Shown here one piece after another: positions 1-9,349 of a DNA stretch of 64,000 bases (position 1 is its first letter; every line of letters begins with the position of its first letter). Under the pieces are notes generated by a model. The model had not been told where the DNA came from and searched no databases. It saw nothing but the letters and a program-made list of their open reading frames with translations. Made by a program: the position numbers and the translations under genes. Origin of the DNA: Campylobacteraceae bacterium (GTDB lineage: Bacteria > Campylobacterota > Campylobacteria > Campylobacterales > BB28); contig JADGEE010000004.1 of assembly GCA_016744535.1 (NCBI GenBank), positions 917 to 64,916 on the forward strand, written 5' to 3'.

Positions 1-2
1 TG

Positions 3-290
3 AGTACAAGAACTAGTTATATGGAGATGGGAAAAGGACTTTTTATTGCACTGATTATCGTTATAATTGGTTCAGTTATTAATATTTTTCTTGGAAGTCC
101 AATTTTACAAATTATAATTTCAAGTGTTGGAGCAATGTTATTTAGTGCATTTATTCTTTATGATACTCAAAATATTATCAATGGAAATTATGAAACTCCA
201 ATAGAGGGGGCAGTTGCCTTGTATTTAGATTTTTTAAATCTATTTATATCTCTACTTCAAATTTTAGGAATTTTAGGAAGTGATGATTAA
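3..290 (+). CDS. Bax inhibitor-1/YccA family membrane protein, 5'-truncated by the window edge
   Basis: Hydrophobic helices with FILYDTQNII and LYLDFLNLF motifs typical of the BI-1/YccA C-terminus; frame is open to the window start. Confidence 0.85.
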   Translation, partial: STRTSYMEMGKGLFIALIIVIIGSVINIFLGSPILQIIISSVGAMLFSAFILYDTQNIINGNYETPIEGAVALYLDFLNLFISLLQILGILGSDD

Positions 291-699
291 TAAAGAGGAG
301 ATTAACTCTTCTCTTTATAGAGTAATTGATGCAAATTTAAATAGGTTAAAAGAGGGGATTAGAGTTATTGAAGATATTTTTAGATACATCTTTAATAATA
401 AAAAGATAGGTTATGAATTAAAAGAGATTCGACACTTAATAAGAGTTAAAAACTACACAGAAATCATAAAATCCAGAGATTCTATAAACGATTGTCTAAA
501 AGAGAATACTACAAGTGAATTAAAAAGAGATGATTTTAATAACTTAATTATTGCAAATTTTAAAAGAGCACAAGAATCAGCTAGAGTTTTAGAGGAAGTT
601 TATAAATTAATCCAACCAAATCAATCTATAACTTTTAAAGATGTGAGATATAAATTATATGATATAGAAAAGAGTGCAATTGAAATTTTAAATAGCTAA
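283..699 (+). CDS. Stand-alone ThiD2-like protein (often annotated thiamine-phosphate pyrophosphorylase-related)
   Basis: RVIDANLNRLKEGIRVIED and NFKRAQESARVLEE motifs; ATG at 283 after AGGAAG. Confidence 0.7.
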   Translation: MINKEEINSSLYRVIDANLNRLKEGIRVIEDIFRYIFNNKKIGYELKEIRHLIRVKNYTEIIKSRDSINDCLKENTTSELKRDDFNNLIIANFKRAQESARVLEEVYKLIQPNQSITFKDVRYKLYDIEKSAIEILNS

Positions 700-1286
700 T
701 TTAAACTCTTTAAAATAAAATTTATATTTTCTATAGCTTGACTTCTGTGTGAAATTTTAACTTTTACCTCTTCACTTAATTCACCTAAAGTTTTATCAAA
801 TTTATTTGGAATAAATATTGGATCATATCCAAATCCATTTTCACCTTTTGGTTCATTTATAACTTTTCCGTGCATCCAGCCGTGAGTTGTAAATATCCCA
901 TATTTTGTTGCAATAGCAATTGACGCTGTATAGAAAGCTTTTGACTCGTTTACTCCTCTTTTATTTAACTCTACGATAACTTTATTTAAATTATCTTTTT
1001 CATTCGCTTTAACTCCTGCATATCTAGCACTAAATATATTAGGTTCATAATTTAAAGCTTCAATTGATATTCCACTATCATCACTCATAACTACAATATT
1101 TTTATCCTTTAATTTTTCATAAATTGTCTTAGCTTTTATAATTGCATTTTCTTTAAAACTTTTACCATTTTCGACTATCTCAAATGGTTCAATTAAATCA
1201 CTAAAAGGTGTGATTTTATATTCACTTAAAAATTTTTGAATTTCTCCTATTTTACCTCTATTTGAAGTGGCTAAAACTATTTTCAT
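696..1286 (-). CDS. rdgB: Non-canonical purine NTP pyrophosphatase (RdgB/HAM1)
   Basis: LATSNRGK, DDSGI, SARYAG, GFGYDPIF and SHR motifs. Confidence 0.95.
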   Translation of the reverse strand: MKIVLATSNRGKIGEIQKFLSEYKITPFSDLIEPFEIVENGKSFKENAIIKAKTIYEKLKDKNIVVMSDDSGISIEALNYEPNIFSARYAGVKANEKDNLNKVIVELNKRGVNESKAFYTASIAIATKYGIFTTHGWMHGKVINEPKGENGFGYDPIFIPNKFDKTLGELSEEVKVKISHRSQAIENINFILKSLN

Positions 1287-1394
1287 TTAACTCCCTTAAT
1301 TTATTATATTATTATACTAAAAATTTTTATTCATAATTAATATTGATATTGATATTGTTATATATATGTAAAATAAAAAGGGGAGTGTCTTGTA

Positions 1395-2135
1395 ATGAGA
1401 GTTTTAAATAAAAAATTATTAATTAAAATTTTAATAGTTAGCTTTTTAGTACCATCTACTCTATTAGCTTCAAATTTAATAAGTGCCATTAAAGGTGGGG
1501 ATATTAGTGCCACACAATTAGCAATTGAAAGTGGGGCTGATTTAAATAAAAAATATGATTTAATTCAAATTGATGAAGAAACTACGCCTCTAATGTTAGC
1601 AGCATACTATGGTTATTTTGACGTTGTTGAGTTATTAGTTGAAAGTGGAGCTGATGTATTTATTAGAAATTCTATATTAGATAGTGCATTAACTATTGCA
1701 CAAGAGCAAGGTTATAACGATATAGTTGATTATTTAATTCCATATTTTAGGGAAATTAAATATGATTTTTTTGGAGCATCTGAAGATATAGAGTGGGAAG
1801 ATTCACTAGATGACGCATTAGAAGAAGCAGAGGAAAAACATAAATATGTTATGGCTGTTTTTATGAGAATAGGATGTAAGTGGTCTAAAAAGATGGGAGA
1901 AAGTAGTTTTCAAGATGAGATTATCGACCAACTTATAAATAAATCATTTATTCCAGTTTTAATGGATAAAGAGATAGGTGAGTATCCACGAGAAGAGCTT
2001 CAAGTTAAATATACTCCTACAATATTTTTTTTAGATTCTGATATGAATGTAAAAAGTAAAATAGGTGGTTTTAGAAGTCCAGAAAAATTTATGAAAGAGT
2101 TAAAAGTTGTTATTAAGAGATTAAATAAAAATTAA
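1395..2135 (+). CDS. Exported ankyrin-repeat plus thioredoxin-fold fusion protein
   Basis: Signal-peptide-like N-terminus; ankyrin repeats (TPLMLAAYYGYFDVVELLVESGAD); C-terminal Trx-like domain with CKWS (CxxS) and cis-Pro motif YTPT. Confidence 0.7.
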   Translation: MRVLNKKLLIKILIVSFLVPSTLLASNLISAIKGGDISATQLAIESGADLNKKYDLIQIDEETTPLMLAAYYGYFDVVELLVESGADVFIRNSILDSALTIAQEQGYNDIVDYLIPYFREIKYDFFGASEDIEWEDSLDDALEEAEEKHKYVMAVFMRIGCKWSKKMGESSFQDEIIDQLINKSFIPVLMDKEIGEYPREELQVKYTPTIFFLDSDMNVKSKIGGFRSPEKFMKELKVVIKRLNKN

Positions 2136-2248
2136 TATTTAAAATATTTACTAAAAATTTTGTTTGATTATTTTAGCTTAATTTTTTTAATATAGTAAAA
2201 TTTATTAAACACTTATATAAAATAACGAAAAATTTAAAAGTAACTTTA

Positions 2249-2257
2249 TGTTATAAT
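2249..2257 (+). promoter_or_regulatory. Extended -10 sigma70 promoter (TGnTATAAT) for aroK
   Basis: TGTTATAAT about 25 nt upstream of the aroK ATG, followed by a GAGG Shine-Dalgarno. Confidence 0.55.
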
Positions 2258-2281
2258 ATAGTTAAAAAATTTGAGGTAAAA

Positions 2282-2791
2282 ATGAAATCAAATATAATTT
2301 TAATAGGTTTTATGGGGGTTGGAAAAGGTAGTTTAGCTAGAGCTATTGTCAAAGAGACTGGAATGTTTGCAATTGATACAGATGATTTAATAGAGAGTTT
2401 AGAAAATAGAAAAATTAAAAATATTTTTGCAGAAGATGGAGAGGGATATTTTAGAAATTTAGAACAAAAATCTGCAAATTGGTTAAGTGAAAATGTAGAT
2501 AATACAATTATTTCAGTTGGAGGAGGATTTTATAAAGTTGATAATTTAAAAAATATTGGAAAAATAGTATATTTACACTCTAGTTTTGAAGCTATTTTAG
2601 ATAAAATTGTAAATGCTACAAATGCTAAAAAGAAACTCAAAAAAAGACCACTTTTTAAAACTCCCAAACAAGCAAAAGAGCTTTATGATTCACGAATAGA
2701 TTTATATAAAAGTGTTGCTGATAAAACTATCATTGTAGAAAATAAATCAACAGAGCAAATTTTAAAAGAAGTTTTAAAATTTATAGAGTAG
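2282..2791 (+). CDS. aroK: Shikimate kinase
   Basis: GFMGVGKG P-loop, DTD, IF..DGE.YFR.LE, GGG and RPL motifs. Confidence 0.95.
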   Translation: MKSNIILIGFMGVGKGSLARAIVKETGMFAIDTDDLIESLENRKIKNIFAEDGEGYFRNLEQKSANWLSENVDNTIISVGGGFYKVDNLKNIGKIVYLHSSFEAILDKIVNATNAKKKLKKRPLFKTPKQAKELYDSRIDLYKSVADKTIIVENKSTEQILKEVLKFIE

Positions 2792-2797
2792 TAGTTT

Positions 2798-4264
2798 ATG
2801 AAAATAATAATAGATAACAATCAAGAATATACAGTAATAGAGCGAGAAGAGGGTAGAATTGAAAAAGAGTTAAAAGAGAATATAGAATTAAGAGTTATCA
2901 CAACTCCACTTGAGTGTTTTTCAAAATATACTTCAAATATTGATAAACTTAAAAATGAGACAGAAAATAAATTAATTGATAAAAATATTTCAGAACAATT
3001 TGAGATACTTTTAAATTATGCAGAAAATAATAGAGAGTTTTTTTTAGATAAATATCCTAGTTTTTTAAAAAATATGAATCAATCTTTATCCAAAAAACCA
3101 CTTGAAAATATTTATCAAAAAGTTACTTATACTCTTGAAGAAGAAGAGAATGTAAATGAAGTTATTAAAGCACTTCAAAACCAAAATAGCTACTCTTTGT
3201 TTAAAGCTTTTATTGTTAATCTTACACAAGAAAATACATATATAACTGTTTATAGTAGCGTAAGTGGTTTGTGGCAAATAGATGGTAAACTTTTTTTCAG
3301 AAAAATAGATAGACACTCAAAAGAATCTATTAAAAAAACTTTTACAACTTGTAAAATAGAGAATATTGATGAAGTTCAAAAAGATTTCGGAAGAGTTAAT
3401 TTTCCAGTATATGAAGATTTAAAAGCACTATTTGAAAATAGTACAATTAGAAGATTTTATAAATTAACTCAAAATAGAATTACAGATGATTTTCAAGTAG
3501 ACCCAATTAAATATTTTATAACTAAAGAGCATTTTAATATTATTAAAAATAAGGCTTTGCCTAAAAATGAGATTGAATTAAAAGCGAGAGAGTTAATAAA
3601 AGAGGAGAAAAATTTTAAATCTAAAGTTAGCTCAACTGTGAGAGATGTAATAGAATCTATTGCAAATAATGAAAAAGAGTTACACGCAAATTATGAAAAT
3701 TTAAATTTAAGAGATTTAACTTCAAATAGAAATAGACAGATAGATGAATTTATAAAGAGACAAATTGATATTAAAGAAGAAGAGTTAAATCAGAGTATTG
3801 AGCAAAAAAGAGTTGAGCTTGAAAAGACAAAATTAGAATTAACTGAAGCTAAAGATAGACAACAAGAGTGTAAAAAAGAGTTTATGAAACTCTTACGAGA
3901 TGGTATGAATTTTGATGAAGCGAGGCAGACACTCAAATTTCATTTTACACTTAAAACAATAGAGTTTGCAGAGGATTTACTGAAATTAGATATTTCAGTA
4001 GCAAATCAGATTGATTGGACTAAATATCACGATTATGATAGATTAAATTCAGCTAATAAGACTAATTATGATAATTATCAAAAAGAGATGAAATATAGAC
4101 AAAAACGAGAAGATGATTTAAAAAAATCATTTCAACAGTTAAAAGAGTTAAGTTTAGCCTTAAAAGAATCCGCAGGAGTAATTGAAAATTTAAATGAAGC
4201 CTTAAAAGAGCGAGATGAGAATATTGAAGATTTAGAGAGTGAATTAGAAAAGAGAAGTAAGTAA
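2798..4264 (+). CDS. Hypothetical protein with long C-terminal coiled coil
   Basis: 488-codon open frame; E/K/Q-rich heptad-like C-terminal half; no family recognised. Confidence 0.6.
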   Translation: MKIIIDNNQEYTVIEREEGRIEKELKENIELRVITTPLECFSKYTSNIDKLKNETENKLIDKNISEQFEILLNYAENNREFFLDKYPSFLKNMNQSLSKKPLENIYQKVTYTLEEEENVNEVIKALQNQNSYSLFKAFIVNLTQENTYITVYSSVSGLWQIDGKLFFRKIDRHSKESIKKTFTTCKIENIDEVQKDFGRVNFPVYEDLKALFENSTIRRFYKLTQNRITDDFQVDPIKYFITKEHFNIIKNKALPKNEIELKARELIKEEKNFKSKVSSTVRDVIESIANNEKELHANYENLNLRDLTSNRNRQIDEFIKRQIDIKEEELNQSIEQKRVELEKTKLELTEAKDRQQECKKEFMKLLRDGMNFDEARQTLKFHFTLKTIEFAEDLLKLDISVANQIDWTKYHDYDRLNSANKTNYDNYQKEMKYRQKREDDLKKSFQQLKELSLALKESAGVIENLNEALKERDENIEDLESELEKRSK

Positions 4265-4282
4265 TAGTAAGGAAAAAATAAA

Positions 4283-4921
4283 ATGCCACCGATTTCTGAA
4301 AAATCAAGAAGTTTTATGCGACACGATAGTCACGGACGAGATTACTCTATTGGTGTTAATATTGATAGAGAATTTTTTCATCAAAATAAAAAAAGTGTAC
4401 TTAAAGAGTGGATTATTACATTTCATAATGATAAAGCAGTTATTGGAGCTGATAAATTAAATTTTAGGACTCTAGAAGAGATAAGAAAAATAAAATTAGA
4501 GTTAAAATCAGTAATAGAGAGTGAGTTAAAAGAGAGGGGATTAAATCAAGTTCAGGGGATATTAGATATTCATCCCACAGGAGATAGGGCAGAAAAATCA
4601 GCTCATATTCACTGGTGGGGAAGTGAAGCAAAGATAGTTGCAAGTATAATCGCTCAATATGTTTCAGAGAATAATTTAAGTAGATATAGGAATATTGAGC
4701 GACTTAATTTAACTTGGGGACAAGAGAAGAAATTTTCAAAAGAGATAGAGAAAAAAATGGAGCATAAAGAAAAAAACTTAACTTTAGATGAAGTAACACA
4801 AGAGATTAAAACAGAAGAGGATATTGAACAAGAGGAGATTTTAGAGGATATAAATAATAATTTGTACTTTTTAAAAACTACTTTAGATGAAGCTAAGAAA
4901 TATATAAAGGAGAAAAATTGA
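4283..4921 (+). CDS. HUH-motif protein resembling a MOBV/Mob_Pre relaxase domain
   Basis: N-terminal His motif RHDSHGR, EWIIT, and DIHPTGDRAEKSAHIHWW (H...HxH) in the order of MOBV motifs I-III; AAGGA SD. Confidence 0.5.
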   Translation: MPPISEKSRSFMRHDSHGRDYSIGVNIDREFFHQNKKSVLKEWIITFHNDKAVIGADKLNFRTLEEIRKIKLELKSVIESELKERGLNQVQGILDIHPTGDRAEKSAHIHWWGSEAKIVASIIAQYVSENNLSRYRNIERLNLTWGQEKKFSKEIEKKMEHKEKNLTLDEVTQEIKTEEDIEQEEILEDINNNLYFLKTTLDEAKKYIKEKN

Positions 4922-5865
4922 AAGAGTTTTCACTGTCAATTATTGCACCTGCATATAATGAAGAAGAAAATATTAATAACTTTTATAACACTATAAAACC
5001 GATTTTAGATAAATGTACTAAAAATTGGGAAATTATATTTATAGATGATGGAAGTAGAGATTCTACATTAGAGCTTATTACTAATTTAAATAAATCTGAT
5101 GAGCGAATTAAAATTATAAGCTTTTCACGAAATTTTGGAAAAGAGATTGCACTTACTGCTGGGATTGATTATGCAGATTCTGATGTGGTAATTCCAATTG
5201 ATACAGATTTACAAGACCCACCAGAGCTTATCGAAGAGATGATAAAATACTGGAGAGAGGGCTATGATGTTGTTTATGCAAAAAGAAAAGTGAGAGAGGG
5301 TGAGAGTTTTATGAAACTTTTTAGTGCTTCTATATTTTATAAAGTGATGGGTAAAATGGCTCATATTAATATCCCTGAAAATGTTGGAGATTTTAGACTG
5401 CTTGATAGAAGAGTTGTTTTAGAATTACGAAAACTAAAAGAGAAAACTAGATTTATGAAAGGTATCTTTAGTTGGGTTGGATTTAAATCTAAAGAGATTC
5501 TATTTGAGCGAAAAAAAAGAGATGCTGGAGAGACAAAATTTAACTTTTGGGGACTTTGGAATTTTGCAATAGATGGTATAACTTCATTTAGTATGTTTCC
5601 ACTTAGAATATTTCTATACTCTGGTTTTGGAGTGATGTTTTTCTCATTTTTATACGCTCTGATTATTATCTTTAAAACTCTCTATTTTGGTGCAGACTTA
5701 GCAGGTTATCCCTCAATTATGGTAACAATTTTATTTTTTGGTGGAGTTAATATGTTTGCAATTGGAGTTATAGGGGAGTATTTAGGGCGAGTTTATGAAG
5801 AGGTTAAAAATCGACCTCTTTATATTATAGATGAAATTTGTGGGTTAGAGAAGAAAAGTAGATGA
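4918..5865 (+). CDS. GT2 bactoprenol glucosyltransferase (GtrB-like)
   Basis: IIAPAYNEEEN, IDDGSRD, LSRNFG-like FSRNFGKEIAL, DTDLQDPP motifs; two C-terminal TM helices; TTG start. Confidence 0.9.
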   Translation: MKEFSLSIIAPAYNEEENINNFYNTIKPILDKCTKNWEIIFIDDGSRDSTLELITNLNKSDERIKIISFSRNFGKEIALTAGIDYADSDVVIPIDTDLQDPPELIEEMIKYWREGYDVVYAKRKVREGESFMKLFSASIFYKVMGKMAHINIPENVGDFRLLDRRVVLELRKLKEKTRFMKGIFSWVGFKSKEILFERKKRDAGETKFNFWGLWNFAIDGITSFSMFPLRIFLYSGFGVMFFSFLYALIIIFKTLYFGADLAGYPSIMVTILFFGGVNMFAIGVIGEYLGRVYEEVKNRPLYIIDEICGLEKKSR

Positions 5866-5870
5866 TTCTA

Positions 5871-7421
5871 CTATTTCTCTTTTGGAAACTCTAAAAATTT
5901 TTCTCCCTTTTTCAAAATAAATCCAAGCTCACCCCATTTGTCAATCATATTCTCAAACCCCTCAACTTTAGTAGGAAATTCAGGAGACCAATAGTGATAC
6001 TCTTCTCCATCTGTAGTAACAAGTGTTGGACGCTGTGATGGCCACCAAGTATCATCACAATTCTTAAAATCAGTATGCCACGGAAGAGCCATTATCTCTG
6101 TTAGTCCCCCAGCAATAGTTCCTTCACAGATGCGAAATGGCTCACTATAAGTTTCAGGTAATGCAATGGCATAACTACACTCAATACCTGGGTGAAATGG
6201 ACCACCTACACAGGCTTCAAGTGCTGCTTTATTAAGTGCATTTGGTTGTTCAGCAACAGGTATCTCATCAAAAGATGGTGCAGTATTCTCTTTTTGCCAA
6301 TCAGAGATAAATTCTCCCTCTGACCACTTTCTCATAATCTCATATTGTATAGGTGTCAAAGACATACGAATAGCAGTAAGTGGATTTTCTGGATTAAGAC
6401 CTGCTTTAAGAAGAGGCATTCCACCCATATCACGCACTTTACATTTAAGATTAGGTGGAGTTAATCTACTAAATATGTGAGTACGCATACTTTTAATTTT
6501 ATCATCATTACTATTACTAGCTAATCTCATTACTGCTCTTGGGTCTAAAATATTACTTTTTCCAGAACCGTGACCACCCATAGCTGCTGGGCTAACCCAT
6601 TGAAGATTAGCTGTTCTCTCTAAAATAGGATAAATATCTTTAGCAAAAGATGGTTTTTCAGATGGAGTCCAACTACTATCCATTAAACTAGCAACTTGCA
6701 AAGCTTGATCATATAAACTAACAATATTTTCAATTCCTGGAGCAAAAGATGGTACACTCACAATAACCCACGCAGGTTTAATATTTATTGGTTTTTCTTG
6801 TCCCTCTATCTCAATAGTCGCACTAATTGGACCATCAGAAATATCATCATACCACTCATCATTATTCGCCCAATCATATATTTTTTTTCCAGTTGGCGAT
6901 TTAGTAATTCCTCTACCTCCTAAAACTAACAGACGACCATCTTTATCTGTTAATAAATCACCTAAGTAAACCTCTTCACCCATAAATTTACCACTTAATG
7001 CTTTTCGCTCTCCTTGAGTAGTTGGAGAAGTTTGTTCTCCTGCATCAATTATTAAAGATTTTCTATCTTCTACATTTGGATTACGCATTATCCATTTACC
7101 ATTTTCATCTAATTCAGGGTCAAAAAAACGATACGCTGCTTTACGATTAGCTAAATGAGCTTTCCACTTAATTGTTGAATTTGCAGAAGTCATCTCTTTT
7201 ACTTTAGTAATATTTCCATTATCATCTTTAGTAAATTGATATACTCTAAAACGAGCTGCTTGTCTTTTAACATTTCCTCTATTGTCTCTATAAGTTTCTA
7301 TTTTTTCAGAAATTACTCCAGGTGCTTCTGGTCCTATAAAAAAATCATTATCAACCTCTACACTATCACCTACACGGGCAATTCCTATACTTGGATAAAT
7401 TTCATAACTAACACTGCTCAC
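5871..7421 (-). CDS. LodA/GoxA family CTQ-dependent amino-acid oxidase precursor
   Basis: N-terminal YEIYPSIGIARVGDS; GGPFHPGIE; PWHTDFKNC...TWWPSQRP carrying the Asp/Cys/Trp used for CTQ. Start placed at GTG 7421 after AAGGAG, not at 7466. Confidence 0.85.
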   Translation of the reverse strand: MSSVSYEIYPSIGIARVGDSVEVDNDFFIGPEAPGVISEKIETYRDNRGNVKRQAARFRVYQFTKDDNGNITKVKEMTSANSTIKWKAHLANRKAAYRFFDPELDENGKWIMRNPNVEDRKSLIIDAGEQTSPTTQGERKALSGKFMGEEVYLGDLLTDKDGRLLVLGGRGITKSPTGKKIYDWANNDEWYDDISDGPISATIEIEGQEKPINIKPAWVIVSVPSFAPGIENIVSLYDQALQVASLMDSSWTPSEKPSFAKDIYPILERTANLQWVSPAAMGGHGSGKSNILDPRAVMRLASNSNDDKIKSMRTHIFSRLTPPNLKCKVRDMGGMPLLKAGLNPENPLTAIRMSLTPIQYEIMRKWSEGEFISDWQKENTAPSFDEIPVAEQPNALNKAALEACVGGPFHPGIECSYAIALPETYSEPFRICEGTIAGGLTEIMALPWHTDFKNCDDTWWPSQRPTLVTTDGEEYHYWSPEFPTKVEGFENMIDKWGELGFILKKGEKFLEFPKEK

Positions 7422-7444
7422 TAAAAACTCCTTAAAAATTAATT

Positions 7445-8782
7445 TCAATTGGCTAATTGGAGGCAACCTTCCCTAACTAAAAGTTGCAATATTGCAATTT
7501 TCTCTTGGTTTGGGTAGCCATAAGATTGCCCCGTTTGTAAATCTGATAAAAGATCAATTACGGCTTTTGGTTTAGATGTAACTTTAAAAAAATGTTTGGT
7601 ATCTATTTTAGGGGCTATACCATTAAAAAAGTGTTTTAAACTTTTCTCGTTATATGTTAGAGAAAGTTGTAATTTAACTTTAGGTGGAAGTCTAATTGGC
7701 TGTTCTATAATATGAGGTAAATGGCGACGATACCAAAATATTTCACTAGAAAAACGACTCTCAATTCGATAATATTTAGAACGACTCTCAAAATAACTTA
7801 ATAAATTTTTTCTTATCTTTTCTCTATAACTCTCTTGTGCCTCTTTCTTATTATTCAAAAATTTCTTAACCCACATTGAAATCTCTTGAGAAAAGTGAAG
7901 AGCTTTAGCAATTCCACCAGAAGAGAGAGGATCAAATGACATAACAGCATCACCTATGGCTAACCATTGTTCTCCACAAGATTGTAAAACTCGAGTAGTA
8001 TTTGCTTGATATCCATTAATTTTTATTTGACTATTTAGAGAAAATCTTTTTTTAATTTCTATTGTATTTTGTAGTGAATTAAGCCAAAATTTTTTACGCT
8101 CTAAAGTAGGTGGAAGTAAATCAGAATCAGTTAAAAGCATTGTAAAGTTTCTGTTATTTGGTAAATTAGCACTATACCACCACCCCTCTGCAACAGCTTC
8201 GATTATGGGATTATGATACTCATTTTTTCTATCTTGTATATATCCAAGACCAATTAATTTATCGTATGTTAGCGAAGAAATTCCTAATTTTTTTGAAACT
8301 ACACGAGAACGACCAGAAGCATCTATAATAAAATCAGCATTAATCTTATAGCGTCTATTTTGTTTTTTATCAAAAATAGAGGCACTCCAATTTTTATCAC
8401 TAAAGCTTAACTCTTGTAATCTACATCCTATCTCAATTTTTACACCATTTTGTTTTGCTATTTGAGCTAATTCAAAATCAAATTTTGGTCGCCAAAGAGC
8501 AACTCCATTTCCATAAATTGAGAAGATATAATTAGATGTATATAATTTAGTATCACCCCATATAGAAGTAATAGTAGGAGAGCTTTGATAGAGAGATTTT
8601 GAAACACCAAACTCCTCTAAAATATTAAGTGCATCAGGACTTAAATGCTCTCCTACACGAAATGAATCGTAAAAATTAGCTTCAATCAAAGTTACACTAA
8701 AACCATCTTTAGCTAAAGCAATTGCTGAAGATAATCCGGCTAAACCACCACCAACAATAAGAATATTTATGGATTTAGACAT
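7445..8782 (-). CDS. LodB-like FAD-dependent oxidoreductase (CTQ maturation flavoprotein)
   Basis: GGGLAG dinucleotide-binding motif, RVGEHLSP, DASGR, GWWYSA, AIGDA..FDPLSSGGI; lies directly upstream of the lodA-like gene. Confidence 0.8.
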   Translation of the reverse strand: MSKSINILIVGGGLAGLSSAIALAKDGFSVTLIEANFYDSFRVGEHLSPDALNILEEFGVSKSLYQSSPTITSIWGDTKLYTSNYIFSIYGNGVALWRPKFDFELAQIAKQNGVKIEIGCRLQELSFSDKNWSASIFDKKQNRRYKINADFIIDASGRSRVVSKKLGISSLTYDKLIGLGYIQDRKNEYHNPIIEAVAEGWWYSANLPNNRNFTMLLTDSDLLPPTLERKKFWLNSLQNTIEIKKRFSLNSQIKINGYQANTTRVLQSCGEQWLAIGDAVMSFDPLSSGGIAKALHFSQEISMWVKKFLNNKKEAQESYREKIRKNLLSYFESRSKYYRIESRFSSEIFWYRRHLPHIIEQPIRLPPKVKLQLSLTYNEKSLKHFFNGIAPKIDTKHFFKVTSKPKAVIDLLSDLQTGQSYGYPNQEKIAILQLLVREGCLQLAN

Positions 8783-8907
8783 CAAAATCCTTTATATTAA
8801 AAATTTAATAAAATATATTATCTAAAAAAAATGATTTTTTTGTGATAATTTTTTAATTTCCAAAAAAAGTTAAATTTTGTTATTATTTCATTAAAAACAT
8901 TAGGAAA

Positions 8908-9297
8908 ATGATGCTAACTTCAACAGGTTTTATACACTTTATTAAATTTAATGTCATTGGAGTAATTAATACAATTTTTGGCTACTCAATTGTATTTGGA
9001 ACAATGTACTTTTTAAATTTTGATGCAAAAGTTAGTAACGCTTTAGGCTATATTTTAGGAGTTTTGCTATCTTATTATTTAAATAGAAAATATACTTTTA
9101 AAAGTGAAGCTAAAGTAAAAGATGAAATTTTTAAATTTTTTGGGGTTTTTGTTGTTGCTTATATTTTAAATTTTTTAACTCTCATTATTTCAATTGAATA
9201 TTTTAATATAAATGAATATATAGCACAAATAATTTCAGCAGTAATTTACACTCTAACTTTTTTTATTTTATCTAAATTTTTTGTATTTAAAAACTAA
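8908..9297 (+). CDS. GtrA family flippase-like membrane protein
   Basis: FIKFNVIGVINT, SNALGY, SYYLNRKYTF motifs; four TM helices. Confidence 0.85.
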   Translation: MMLTSTGFIHFIKFNVIGVINTIFGYSIVFGTMYFLNFDAKVSNALGYILGVLLSYYLNRKYTFKSEAKVKDEIFKFFGVFVVAYILNFLTLIISIEYFNINEYIAQIISAVIYTLTFFILSKFFVFKN

Positions 9298-9303
9298 ATT
9301 ATA

Positions 9304-9312
9304 TGTTAAAAT
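9304..9312 (+). promoter_or_regulatory. Extended -10 promoter candidate for alaS
   Basis: TGTTAAAAT upstream of AAGGA SD and the alaS ATG. Confidence 0.4.
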
Positions 9313-9349
9313 CATAATAAAAAAACTATTGATAGATTAAAGGATATTT

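Noticed and set aside
4283-7466. Both ORF-track proteins at 4283 and 7466 begin MPPIS
   Set aside because: The lodA-like gene more likely starts at GTG 7421; the TTG-derived MPPIS lies inside the lodB 3' end and the DNA differs, so it is coincidence.
4918-9297. gtrA/gtrB as evidence of a serotype-converting prophage
   Set aside because: No integrase, structural or replication phage genes and no att-like repeats nearby.
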